Assembly: GCA_937901925.1 (NCBI GenBank)
Contig: CALGTS010000015.1
Coordinates: 67,239 to 131,238, forward strand
Reading direction: 5' to 3'
Origin: an uncultured Bacteroidales bacterium
GTDB lineage: Bacteria > Bacteroidota > Bacteroidia > Bacteroidales > WCHB1-69
DNA length: 64,000 nt
Numbering within the stretch: position 1 is the stretch's first letter; every line of letters begins with the position of its first letter. The notes under the pieces are model-generated. The model was not told where the DNA came from, did no database searches, and saw nothing but the letters and a program-made list of their open reading frames with translations. A program made the position numbers and the translations under genes. This document shows, piece by piece, positions 25,096-33,845 of the stretch.

Positions 25096-25860
25096 ATGAG
25101 AAAATGCTTCCTTTTTTTTCTTCTACTTTTAGCAAGTTTATCTATCTTTGCTCAAGAAAAACCATCAAGAAAAGGGAAAAAACCGCATATTTCGCAAACA
25201 AATAATTTGCCCGAAAGACCGAGAATGCTAATCGGAACCATCTCTGTAGCACCAACTTGTGAATGGTTGATGCCTCTATCAGATTGTATAGAAAGTTATT
25301 CTCCCAAAATGGGAACTCGATATGGAATTACCTTAGATATCAACATTTCACAAAAAAATCGGTCTGATAACTTCTATTTTATGGTTGGTGCAATGGCAAA
25401 AAACAGCCATTACAATATCGTTTCAACAGAAGAATATACCATACAAGATAGCAGTTATATTTGTAATGCTCAGCAACATTTCTCAGCTATGCACCTTGTA
25501 ATTCCAACAGGAATACGTTTTCGCACAACGCCGAAAAATAGTTGCGTATTTGCTGGAAATATTGGTCTTTACAACCAATTATACCTCACAGGAAAGAGAT
25601 ATGACGAATTTGTTTTCGATGAAAATTATATTCTAAAAACCAAAGAAACAAGTAATACAGATTTTGTTCGCATTTCAGAGTCTATTTTTGCTGGTGTTGG
25701 ATTTGAATATATTTTTCATAAACATTGTCGATTATCTTTTTATGCTAATTATGTATGTACTCTTCCCCCATTTTTTAACAAAGCTGCAACAAATTTTGAG
25801 GGAAAACAGAAAAAAGCATTCAGTCATAGCATTGAATTTTCTTTGGGATTTGGTTTTTAA
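25096..25860 (+). CDS. hypothetical outer-membrane beta-barrel protein
   Basis: Start moved to MRKCFLFFLLLLASLSIFAQ (signal peptide). Alternating beta-strand pattern ending ...SLGFGF (aromatic C-terminus). Confidence 0.6.
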   Translation: MRKCFLFFLLLLASLSIFAQEKPSRKGKKPHISQTNNLPERPRMLIGTISVAPTCEWLMPLSDCIESYSPKMGTRYGITLDINISQKNRSDNFYFMVGAMAKNSHYNIVSTEEYTIQDSSYICNAQQHFSAMHLVIPTGIRFRTTPKNSCVFAGNIGLYNQLYLTGKRYDEFVFDENYILKTKETSNTDFVRISESIFAGVGFEYIFHKHCRLSFYANYVCTLPPFFNKAATNFEGKQKKAFSHSIEFSLGFGF

Positions 25861-25886
25861 CTCATTAATAATCAAAAGAAAAAATA

Positions 25887-26498
25887 ATGAAAATTATTTG
25901 TATCGGCCTAAATTACAAATCACATATTCAGGAATTAAAATGTGAAACTCCTGAACAACCTCTCTTTTTTCTAAAACCTGAAACGTCGATGATTCTTCGG
26001 AATCGACCTTTCTTTCTTCCTGATTTTTCTAATGACATTCATTACGAAGTGGAACTTTTGGTTAAAATCAACAAAGTGGGGAAATTTATCCAAAAGCGAT
26101 TTGCGCACACCTATTATGATGAAATCGGTTTAGGAATAGACTTCACCGCTCGCGACATACAACAGGAAGCTATGGCGAAAGGTTTGCCTTGGGAACTCAG
26201 CAAAGCTTTTGATGGTTCTGCCATTATTGGAAACTTCCTTCCAAAATCTCAATTTCCTAATTTACAGAATATAAACTTTCATTTACAGAAAAATGAACAA
26301 ATTGTGCAAAAGGGAAACTCTGCAGATATGTTGTTTGAAATTGATGATATCATTGCTTATGTTTCCCAATTCATCACGCTGAAGATTGGGGATATTATCT
26401 TTACAGGTACACCCGTTGGCGTAGGAAGAATTGAGATCAACGACCGCTTGCAAGGTTTTATTGAAGAACAAAAAATGTTTGATTTTAGAGTAAAATAG
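25887..26498 (+). CDS. fumarylacetoacetate hydrolase (FAH)-family protein
   Basis: 203 aa. Contains CIGLNY, EVEL..I and GDIIFTGTPVGVG motifs. Confidence 0.85.
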   Translation: MKIICIGLNYKSHIQELKCETPEQPLFFLKPETSMILRNRPFFLPDFSNDIHYEVELLVKINKVGKFIQKRFAHTYYDEIGLGIDFTARDIQQEAMAKGLPWELSKAFDGSAIIGNFLPKSQFPNLQNINFHLQKNEQIVQKGNSADMLFEIDDIIAYVSQFITLKIGDIIFTGTPVGVGRIEINDRLQGFIEEQKMFDFRVK

Positions 26499-26504
26499 AG
26501 AATT

Positions 26505-27863
26505 ATGAATTTAAAATTTCGTCTTATCATTATGAATTTTCTCCAATTTGCAGTGTGGGGAGCTTATCTCACCTGCATGGGAGCCTATCTTGCCACACAC
26601 GAAATGGCAGGAAAAATCGGAATTTTCTACTCAATTCAAGGAATAGTTTCCATTTTTATGCCTGCACTAATGGGAATCATTGCTGACAAATGGATTCCTG
26701 CGCAACGTCTTTTGGGAATATGCCACGGAATCTCGGGAATCGCTATGATTTGCGCAGCCATATACGGACTTAATGCTGGCGATGCTGTGCAATTTGCTCC
26801 TTTATTCTCGTTGTACACTTTAGGTGTAGCCTTTTATATGCCTACATTAGCGTTATCTAATTCCGTAGCTTACAATGCTTTGGAAAGATCAGGGCTGGAT
26901 ACTGTAAAAACTTTCCCCTCCATTCGTGTTTTCGGAACCATCGGTTTCATCATTTCTATGTGGATTGTGGATATTTTGAGATTCCAAACTACAGCAGCGC
27001 AATTTGCTGTCAGTGGTGCAATAGGTGTGATATTGGCACTTTACGCATTCACATTGCCTCATTGTCCCACCAATCCAACCTCCGACAAAAAATCAATTGT
27101 AGAAGCGCTTGGATTGAAAGCATTTGCTCTTTTCAAACAGCCAAGAATGGCTATCTTCTTTGTTTTCAGCATGCTATTAGGAGTTTCATTACAAATTACC
27201 AATGGTTTTGCCAATCCATTCCTACATAGTTTTGGCAATTTGCAAGAGTATTCTAACACCTTTGGCGTTCAACACGCTAATATTCTCATCTCATTATCAC
27301 AAATCTCTGAAACCCTCTGTATTCTGCTAATTCCTTTCTTCTTAAAACGATTTGGTATTAAGAAAGTTATGTTAATTGCTATGCTGGGTTGGGTCCTCCG
27401 ATTTGCTCTTCTCGGAGCAGGAAATCCTGGAAATGGCGTGTGGCTTTTTGTCCTTTCTTGCATCGTATATGGCGTGGCTTTCGACTTTTTCAACATCAGC
27501 GGTTCGCTTTTTGTTGACAAAGAAACAACTCCTGAAACCCGCTCTTCAGCACAAGGTTTATTTATGCTTATGACCAATGGTATTGGTGCTACTATCGGAA
27601 CTCTTGGTGCGCAATTAGTTGTTAATAAGTGTATTCCAAAAGTGGATTGGCATAATTTAGGCATCGGACACGACTTTGGAACCTTTGAAAAAGGTAAAAT
27701 TCTTTGGGATAAACTCACCTCTCTACAATTAGAAACCATTCACGAACAAGCAATGGTCATTTGGCAAGGCTGGCAGCATGCGTGGTACATTTTCGCCGCA
27801 TACGCACTTGTCGTTACCATTCTCTTTGCCATCATATTCAAAGAGAAAAAAGAAAACTTGTAA
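26505..27863 (+). CDS. MFS transporter, nucleoside:H+ symporter (NupG-like) family
   Basis: 452 aa with about 12 TM helices. The N-terminus LRLIIMNFLQFAVWGAYL resembles NHS-family permeases. Confidence 0.7.
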   Translation: MNLKFRLIIMNFLQFAVWGAYLTCMGAYLATHEMAGKIGIFYSIQGIVSIFMPALMGIIADKWIPAQRLLGICHGISGIAMICAAIYGLNAGDAVQFAPLFSLYTLGVAFYMPTLALSNSVAYNALERSGLDTVKTFPSIRVFGTIGFIISMWIVDILRFQTTAAQFAVSGAIGVILALYAFTLPHCPTNPTSDKKSIVEALGLKAFALFKQPRMAIFFVFSMLLGVSLQITNGFANPFLHSFGNLQEYSNTFGVQHANILISLSQISETLCILLIPFFLKRFGIKKVMLIAMLGWVLRFALLGAGNPGNGVWLFVLSCIVYGVAFDFFNISGSLFVDKETTPETRSSAQGLFMLMTNGIGATIGTLGAQLVVNKCIPKVDWHNLGIGHDFGTFEKGKILWDKLTSLQLETIHEQAMVIWQGWQHAWYIFAAYALVVTILFAIIFKEKKENL

Positions 27864-27900
27864 AAAAGTGAAATCGAGAAAATCTTTTAAGAAAAAAAAC

Positions 27901-27908
27901 TATCTTTG
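27901..27908 (+). promoter_or_regulatory. -7 promoter box (TATCTTTG)
   Basis: TAnnTTTG about 45 nt upstream of the 27954 ATG. Confidence 0.5.
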
Positions 27909-27953
27909 CAAACTTTATTTTCAGTACAATATTAAATCATAAAAATCATAAAA

Positions 27954-29150
27954 ATGGAAAAATTTGATCCTGCAACCAACATTGAAAAGTTGGACAAAAA
28001 AGATGCTTACCGTGGTGTAAACCCTATCATTTGCGACAGCGCTACATTTATGTTTGAACGCGCTCAACTAATGACGGACACTTTCCACGGCGAAACTGAA
28101 GGTTACTTCTTATATTCAAGACACTGGAACCCAACTACTTTGGCATTGTCTCAATCATTGGCCGCTATGGAAGGTACAGAAGCTGCTTGGGTTACGGGCT
28201 CTGGTATGGCTGCTATTACAGTAGCTTTGTTACACGAAGTAAAAGCTGGCGATCATATCGTATCAAGTATGACTACCTACGGAGGTACTTTTGCTTTTTT
28301 GAACAACTACATTAAAAAATTTGGTGTTGAAGTTACTTTCGTTAACATGCAAGACCTTGACGCAGTGAAAAAGGCGATCAAACCTAATACAAAAGTGCTT
28401 TATACTGAAGCAATGAACAACCCATTACTTCGTATCGCTAACATTCCTGAACTTTCAAAAATTGCTCATGCTAATGGTGCTAAATTATTGGTTGATAATA
28501 CTTTCACTCCAATGATTTTCTCTCCTTACCGTTTGGGTGCTGACGTGGTTATTTATAGTATGACCAAATATGTTAACGGAATGAATGATTGCGTTGCTGG
28601 TGCAATCTGCGGAACTCAAGATTATGTAAACTCTTTGATTGATGTGAACGATGGTACTGCAATGTTATTAGGTCCTGTTTTGGATCCAATGCGTTCATCA
28701 AGCATTCAAAAGAACTTACATACTTTGCACATCCGTATGAAAAAACATAGCGAAAATGCGATGTATTTGGCAAAACGCTTCAAAGAAACTGGTATTAAAT
28801 ATAACTACCCAGGTCTTGAAGAACACCCAGATCACGAACTTTTCACTAGTATGATGAATGATGGCTATGGTTATGGTGGTATGATTTCTATCGATATGGG
28901 AACTGCTGAAAGAGCCAGCGCTATTATGGAAAAAATGCAAGAACTTGGCGTAGGTTACCTCGCTGTAAGTTTAGGATATTTCAAAACATTATTCAGCAAC
29001 TCTGGAAAATCTACCTCTTCTGAAGTTCCTGACGATATTCAAAAAGAGATGGGTATGAGCGAAGGTCTTATCCGTTTCTCTGTAGGTTTGGATAACGATC
29101 CAGAAAGAACTTTCCAATTGATTAAACAAGCTATCGAAGCTACAAGATAA
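27954..29150 (+). CDS. Cys/Met-metabolism PLP-dependent enzyme (methionine gamma-lyase / cystathionine gamma-synthase family)
   Basis: 398 aa. Contains GSGMAAI and the PLP-lysine motif SMTKYVNG. The exact reaction cannot be assigned by eye. Confidence 0.8.
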   Translation: MEKFDPATNIEKLDKKDAYRGVNPIICDSATFMFERAQLMTDTFHGETEGYFLYSRHWNPTTLALSQSLAAMEGTEAAWVTGSGMAAITVALLHEVKAGDHIVSSMTTYGGTFAFLNNYIKKFGVEVTFVNMQDLDAVKKAIKPNTKVLYTEAMNNPLLRIANIPELSKIAHANGAKLLVDNTFTPMIFSPYRLGADVVIYSMTKYVNGMNDCVAGAICGTQDYVNSLIDVNDGTAMLLGPVLDPMRSSSIQKNLHTLHIRMKKHSENAMYLAKRFKETGIKYNYPGLEEHPDHELFTSMMNDGYGYGGMISIDMGTAERASAIMEKMQELGVGYLAVSLGYFKTLFSNSGKSTSSEVPDDIQKEMGMSEGLIRFSVGLDNDPERTFQLIKQAIEATR

Positions 29151-29170
29151 GCTAACTTATTCAATAAATA

Positions 29171-29207
29171 AAAAGAGAATATATCACACGGTATATTCTC
29201 TTTTTTA
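29171..29207 (+). terminator. rho-independent terminator
   Basis: AAAAGAGAATATA...TATATTCTCTTTT hairpin plus a T-run. Confidence 0.8.
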
Positions 29208-29503
29208 TTAGCATCTTCACAACGAAAATGCGCTTCTCTCAAAACAATAAAAAAAGTTATTGTATCTGATAAAAATCCAAAGTAATATATTTCAATTACA
29301 GTATTTATAAGGCTGAGCCTTCATTTTTCCAATTCCAACCCGTCATCATCAGTGTAGAATATCACTATCTATAATGAATAAAATAGTACGCAGAATATTT
29401 AATCAAAAGAGATAATAGCCAACAGCTATCTCGTTTGTTTATGCTATTTCTGCACAACTTAACAAAAATGTATCCATGCTATCCACCAACTTACGGATCA
29501 TGC

Positions 29504-30400
29504 TTAAATCAGTAACCGGGTTTGCTTTCGGTATTCAGCATACTCGGGTTTGTTTGCTAACTGACGGTTTTCCATTAATGGAATACTGATACACATAAAC
29601 AACGCGGTCATAGCAATAGGACCTAAAATATACCAATCTATCCCATTAACGGCTGCATAGATAATCCAAATACCCCACCAAAACTGAATTTCACCGAAAT
29701 AGTTAGGATGACGACCATTCTTCCACAGCCCAACATTGCAGCACTTACCTGGATGAGCAGCACGAAAATTGTGAATCTGCTTATCTGCAATCAGTTGTAT
29801 AGTAGCAGAAGCCAAACAAACAACACAGCCAAACACCATTAGTACGTACCCAAGCCAACCCATCGTTTCGCTTCGCACAACACACTCACATTCATACAGT
29901 TGTAGCCCAGGAAGCATAGCCACAAAGACCACCAACGTGGGAACCATATTCAAACCGAAAAAATTAATCAAATGAAATAGCACAGGGTGCAGACTGCGAT
30001 ATTTGGTATAGCGCCAATCCTCATGAGCTATACCTTTGAAAGTGATTGCCCAATTGCGTGTCAATCTCCATCCCCAGTAGCACGATGCTACTAATAATAG
30101 TATCACAGGCAACGACCATACACTTGTATATATCCCCCATAACAAGAAAACAATAGGAGGAAACACACTCCAATATGGGTCATATACCGATACATTTTCA
30201 TATACCAATCCCCAAGCCCAAACTACTATCGTAGCTATCACATCTGCCACAAATAATGCCCAAAGAGGGTGTAAAATGGGCAACGAAAGAAAACCACTTC
30301 CTGTCAATTCTCTGAAAACTAACCAGCCAATCAAACTCGCAATTAGATAGATAGCTGTAATCAATATAATACTGCACCCTTTAGAATAGAACCGTTTCAT
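29504..30400 (-). CDS. DUF1295 / steroid-5-alpha-reductase-like integral membrane protein (intact copy)
   Basis: 298 aa, polytopic. The C-terminal motif NGRHPNYFGEIQFWWGIW is typical of the DUF1295/ICMT-like fold. Confidence 0.75.
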   Translation of the reverse strand: MKRFYSKGCSIILITAIYLIASLIGWLVFRELTGSGFLSLPILHPLWALFVADVIATIVVWAWGLVYENVSVYDPYWSVFPPIVFLLWGIYTSVWSLPVILLLVASCYWGWRLTRNWAITFKGIAHEDWRYTKYRSLHPVLFHLINFFGLNMVPTLVVFVAMLPGLQLYECECVVRSETMGWLGYVLMVFGCVVCLASATIQLIADKQIHNFRAAHPGKCCNVGLWKNGRHPNYFGEIQFWWGIWIIYAAVNGIDWYILGPIAMTALFMCISIPLMENRQLANKPEYAEYRKQTRLLI

Positions 30401-30582
30401 ATTAGTTATTAAACTGCAAAAGTACTACATTTTGTCGAAATATTAATTTACATGCCGAAAAATTATATTTTGTCATAATGAAAATAGTTAGTGTCCGAAA
30501 AATATATCCTTTTGCCCATAGTTTTAGGTTTGGGAGAAACAAAAATAACATAGAGGACTAAATCCGCAGAATGGAATCAGCC
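30042..30582. repeat. direct repeat copy A (541 nt), left boundary of the island
   Basis: Aligned by eye to 39564-40105. Substitutions occur only in about the first 135 nt and last 25 nt. About 380 central nt are identical. Confidence 0.95.
30417..30424 (-). promoter_or_regulatory. -7 promoter box (TACTTTTG on minus strand) of the DUF1295 gene
   Basis: The reverse complement of CAAAAGTA lies about 17 nt upstream of the ATG. It is duplicated at 39939-39946 inside the second repeat copy. Confidence 0.5.
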
Positions 30583-30641
30583 TTTTTTTTATTTTGGCAA
30601 AAAAAAGTTTTACTGGACACTAATAATTTAAAATAATTTCG

Positions 30642-30649
30642 TATTTTTG
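30642..30649 (+). promoter_or_regulatory. -7 promoter box P1 (TATTTTTG) at the island left end
   Basis: TAnnTTTG match in a very AT-rich stretch, about 130 nt upstream of the long hairpin. Confidence 0.4.
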
Positions 30650-30775
30650 CCAACATGTTCCATATTGGGCACCGTAAATGTATTTTTAACTTAAAAAATT
30701 GTAATATAGGAAATTAGAGATTAAAGAAACGAATTAAAAAAAACATATTAAAAGGCGTTTTCGCTTTTCTTTGGA

Positions 30776-30881
30776 TGTGGAAATCTGGACAATTTCCTCT
30801 ATGCTACACAAGAAAAGAGAAACGCTCACGATTGTTCGTGAGCTTTCTTGTTTGTAGCATAGGCAGTCCAGAGCCTCCACA
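30776..30881 (+). ncRNA. 106-nt long imperfect hairpin (candidate structured RNA or DNA hairpin element)
   Basis: Paired by hand: TGTGGA/TCCACA, TCTGGAC/GTCCAGA, CTATGCTACA-CAAGAAAG/CTTTCTTG-TTTGTAGCATAG, and CTCACGA-TTGT-TCGTGAG at the apex. Confidence 0.45.
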
Positions 30882-30983
30882 TAAACAATTGAAGTTCACG
30901 ATTTTTTTATGCCCGTTTGTGAAGCCCTAGAAGGGGACGAAAAAGAACCAAAAAAGAACCTAACTGCGTGAGGGAAAGAGAGG

Positions 30984-30991
30984 TACTTTTG
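30984..30991 (+). promoter_or_regulatory. -7 promoter box P2 (TACTTTTG) upstream of the radical SAM gene
   Basis: TAnnTTTG about 40 nt upstream of ATG 31032. Confidence 0.5.
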
Positions 30992-31031
30992 CGGCAAGGA
31001 ACGAGAAAGTATAAATTATAAAGAAAGAAAT

Positions 31032-32852
31032 ATGTTAGTAAGACAATGTAAAAACACGTTTATCCGGTTTATCGGCGAGATGGGGTACATCACCAACCAG
31101 ATGACTCGACACGATAGAACTTACAATGAAACAGGGGCCGATTTCTTGAGAGAGATTAACCGCCAGCCTCAGGAAGTGGACGATATTGTTGCCCGTCTGC
31201 GCAAAGTTTATAACGATAGTGTCTCTACGGAGGAATTGAGAGCGGACTTCATCGAATTTATCAAGGATTTGGACAAGCATCTCTTCCTTGTAGTGGGCGA
31301 AACACCCGAAGAGTTGGATGAAAAAGATTTGGATTTCTCTTACAGCATGGAGAATCCTAAAACTTTAGTGGAGGATTATACACAGGAGACAGATCAGCAA
31401 GTGGATGAAACCACGCAGGATTTCATGCTGGAAGCCACGCAACGTGAACCTCGGCTGAATGGTATACAGTTTGAACTAACCAGCCGCTGTAATGAAAGGT
31501 GCATTCATTGCTACATTCCTAACCCAAAGAAGAATGCGGGTGGCGACATGCCTGTTGAGAAAGTAAAATCATTGATAGATGAGTTCACAGATATGGGTGG
31601 ACTCCACGTGACTCTTTCCGGAGGAGAGGTGTTCTTGCACAGAGACATTATTGCCATAATGCAATATTGTAGAGAGAAAGACATGCAGATTTCCGTTCTG
31701 AGCAATTTGATTGCGTTGAAAGACGAGCTAATCCCTGCCATTAAAGAAGCCAATGTTTCTATTGTGCAAACTTCTCTATACAGTATGGATCCAGATATTC
31801 ACGACTTGATAACTACTGTGAAAGGCTCGCATGTGAAAACCAAGGCTGCCATTGAGAAGTTAGTAGCAGCAGATATTCCCGTGCAGATTTCCTGCCCTAT
31901 AATGAAAGCCAACTACCAAGGTTATGCCGAAGTGCTACAATATGCACAATCGCTACGCTGCAAAGCACAAACTGACTACATTCTGATAGCACAATCAGAT
32001 TTGAATACTACCAATTTAGCAAATCGTCTTTCTTTGGAGGAGACAGGACAATTACTAAAAGATATTATGAAATGGGACAAGGATTACAGAGAGGGTATCC
32101 TGAAACATTCTCCTCTTTCAGAAAAAATTGCTTTTGATCCCGAACAATTCGCTAAACAACCATTATGTGGTGCGGGAGTCAACAGTTGTTGTATTACAGA
32201 AAATGGCGATGTATATCCTTGTGCAGGATGGCAAGCAATGGTGTGCGGCAATGTATATCAGCAGAGTTTGAAGGATATTTGGGAAAATTCTCTGCAAATG
32301 AAGCAGATACGTGCTGTTACACAAGGAGATTTCCCTAAATGTTTGAAATGCAATGCCCGAGATTACTGCGCTATGTGCTTGGTGCGCAATTACAATGAGA
32401 GCGGTGGTAACATGTTCAAAATCAACCAGCACTTTTGTGATGTAGCTTTTATAAACAAAAAAGTGGTGGAAGAATATGCAGCATCCCATGCCGAGGATTA
32501 TGCTATGCACTATGAATGGTTAATATGCGATATCTACCAATGTAGTCGATATGGGGTGGACGCAGCCGATGCGGACAGATATAGAAGACTTGTAACAAAT
32601 TATTTCAAATTAGTTCAAGCACAAAATAATCCCTGTCAATATAATGTACGTGAATATAAAAAGGATTATCAAAGTATTTTGGAAGAGATAAACAATCATT
32701 TGAAGTATGCAATTGATAATTGCAGATGCAGAAAAACGGAAAGTTATCAAAAACTAGAAAAACTGAAAACTGATTTCCCTTTGTCCAATATTATAGCCAT
32801 AAACTATATGATAGATTCAATGCGGAACATTTTAAAAGAAGATAAACAATAA
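31032..32852 (+). CDS. radical SAM/SPASM peptide-modifying enzyme with fused N-terminal PqqD-like (RRE) domain and unassigned C-terminal extension
   Basis: 606 aa. N-terminus ..YNETGADFLREINRQPQEVDDIVARL..ELRADFIEFIKDL is PqqD-like. rSAM cluster CNERCIHCY with GGEVFL. SPASM cysteines CGAGVNSCCITENGDVYPCAG and CLKCNARDYCAMC...FCD. About 127 extra C-terminal residues. Confidence 0.88.
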   Translation: MLVRQCKNTFIRFIGEMGYITNQMTRHDRTYNETGADFLREINRQPQEVDDIVARLRKVYNDSVSTEELRADFIEFIKDLDKHLFLVVGETPEELDEKDLDFSYSMENPKTLVEDYTQETDQQVDETTQDFMLEATQREPRLNGIQFELTSRCNERCIHCYIPNPKKNAGGDMPVEKVKSLIDEFTDMGGLHVTLSGGEVFLHRDIIAIMQYCREKDMQISVLSNLIALKDELIPAIKEANVSIVQTSLYSMDPDIHDLITTVKGSHVKTKAAIEKLVAADIPVQISCPIMKANYQGYAEVLQYAQSLRCKAQTDYILIAQSDLNTTNLANRLSLEETGQLLKDIMKWDKDYREGILKHSPLSEKIAFDPEQFAKQPLCGAGVNSCCITENGDVYPCAGWQAMVCGNVYQQSLKDIWENSLQMKQIRAVTQGDFPKCLKCNARDYCAMCLVRNYNESGGNMFKINQHFCDVAFINKKVVEEYAASHAEDYAMHYEWLICDIYQCSRYGVDAADADRYRRLVTNYFKLVQAQNNPCQYNVREYKKDYQSILEEINNHLKYAIDNCRCRKTESYQKLEKLKTDFPLSNIIAINYMIDSMRNILKEDKQ

Positions 32853-32912
32853 GATTATGGAGTATTGCCGAAAATCCAATAAAGAGTAGGCTTTAATTAA
32901 AACTCAAAAAAA

Positions 32913-33053
32913 ATGAAAAATTACAAAAAGGTAAAAATGGTGGCAAAAAATGCCCCGAGTGGTTCGTACGCAGCAGGCTGCCGAGTGGACACAAGTAAAG
33001 GCAGAAAAAACATGACTGGCAGATACTGCGAAGAATGCCAGATGGCTTCGTAG
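32913..33053 (+). CDS. 46-aa Cys-containing small ORF, candidate RiPP precursor peptide
   Basis: Hand translation gives MKNYKKVKMVAKNAPSGSYAAGCRVDTSKGRKNMTGRYCEECQMAS. It starts 61 nt after the rSAM stop on the same strand and is followed by a stem-loop. It is not in the ORF track because it is under 60 aa. Confidence 0.5.
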   Translation: MKNYKKVKMVAKNAPSGSYAAGCRVDTSKGRKNMTGRYCEECQMAS

Positions 33054-33063
33054 AATTCATATT

Positions 33064-33091
33064 CCTCCCTCATTATTGTTGATGAGGGAGG
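33064..33091 (+). terminator. 10-bp GC-rich stem-loop after the small ORF (attenuator or partial terminator)
   Basis: CCTCCCTCAT-TATTGTTG-ATGAGGGAGG. There is no clear T-run after it. Confidence 0.4.
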
Positions 33092-33162
33092 GATTAATCA
33101 AAGCAGCGGAAGCCGAAAAGCTATAATAGAGTAGGAGAAACTTAAAAATAAATTAAAAACAC

Positions 33163-33372
33163 ATGGGTATTACTCTTTATGACACCCCTAAGGTTTATAA
33201 AATTAAAGATGAGAAACTTTGTCCGATTTTCCCTGCAACTATTGTGGTGAAAGGTGAATGCGAATTACAGACTGTTTACAATGATCAAACTCCCGAAATC
33301 AAGAGGTGGTTATTTGTTGACGACAAAGTTATGTATTCAGAAGAATTTATTCTGAAAAATTATACATTGTAA
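33163..33372 (+). CDS. hypothetical protein (69 aa)
   Basis: ORF-track entry, co-directional with the rSAM gene and followed by a strong terminator. No recognised motif. Confidence 0.5.
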   Translation: MGITLYDTPKVYKIKDEKLCPIFPATIVVKGECELQTVYNDQTPEIKRWLFVDDKVMYSEEFILKNYTL

Positions 33373-33385
33373 TATTTTGGAACTA

Positions 33386-33420
33386 AGACAGCCTACAGTT
33401 TTTTTTGTGGGCTGTCTTTT
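33386..33420 (+). terminator. rho-independent terminator
   Basis: AGACAGCCTAC-AGTTTTTTTT-GTGGGCTGTCT followed by TTT. Confidence 0.75.
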
Positions 33421-33437
33421 AATCTAAAGGAATAGTC

Positions 33438-33839
33438 ATGGATATAAACAATGAAAAATATCAAATAGGAGATATAGTGCAGAAACCAACAGGCGGCCCA
33501 GAAATGATAATCAGAGAAATAAATAGTGATGGGCGAATGATATGCGATTGGTTTGATGAAAATGATAGTTTATGTAACTCAGAAGTGACGGAGGCTGAGT
33601 TAAGATACCATCCAACAGAAACGTTTTCATTTTCTGTCGGCGATTTTGTGTCAACTAACCTTAATAGTGTTTTGAAAATGCAGGTTGTTGAAGTGAATGA
33701 TTCTATGGTTAGATGTGAATGGTACAACAAAAAGGGGGTGTTACAATCATCATACTTCAAAATAGAAGAGTTGGAGAAAGGGAGAATGTATGATGGAAAA
33801 GAAAAGTTTCTTCACGTAAATTATGTACCTTATAAGTAA
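33438..33839 (+). CDS. protein with two tandem YodC/DUF2158-like modules
   Basis: 133 aa. GDIVQKPTGGPEMIIREI..RMICDWFDEND and GDFVSTNLNSVLKMQVVEV..MVRCEWYNKKG both resemble the E. coli YodC pattern (V..K.GGP.M.V..... .C.W). Confidence 0.65.
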   Translation: MDINNEKYQIGDIVQKPTGGPEMIIREINSDGRMICDWFDENDSLCNSEVTEAELRYHPTETFSFSVGDFVSTNLNSVLKMQVVEVNDSMVRCEWYNKKGVLQSSYFKIEELEKGRMYDGKEKFLHVNYVPYK

Positions 33840-33845
33840 ATCAAC

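Noticed and set aside
30775-30930. 51-codon ORF (MWKSGQFPLCYTRKEKRSRLFVSFLVCSIGSPEPPHKQLKFTIFLCPFVKP) spanning the long hairpin, considered as an alternative precursor peptide
   Set aside because: The sequence is almost perfectly self-complementary, which is better explained by nucleic-acid structure than by coding. I keep it only as a remote alternative to the 32913-33053 peptide.
30583-31031. Retron-like msr/msd interpretation of the long hairpin
   Set aside because: There is no reverse transcriptase ORF anywhere in the window, and I could not find flanking a1/a2-type inverted repeats.
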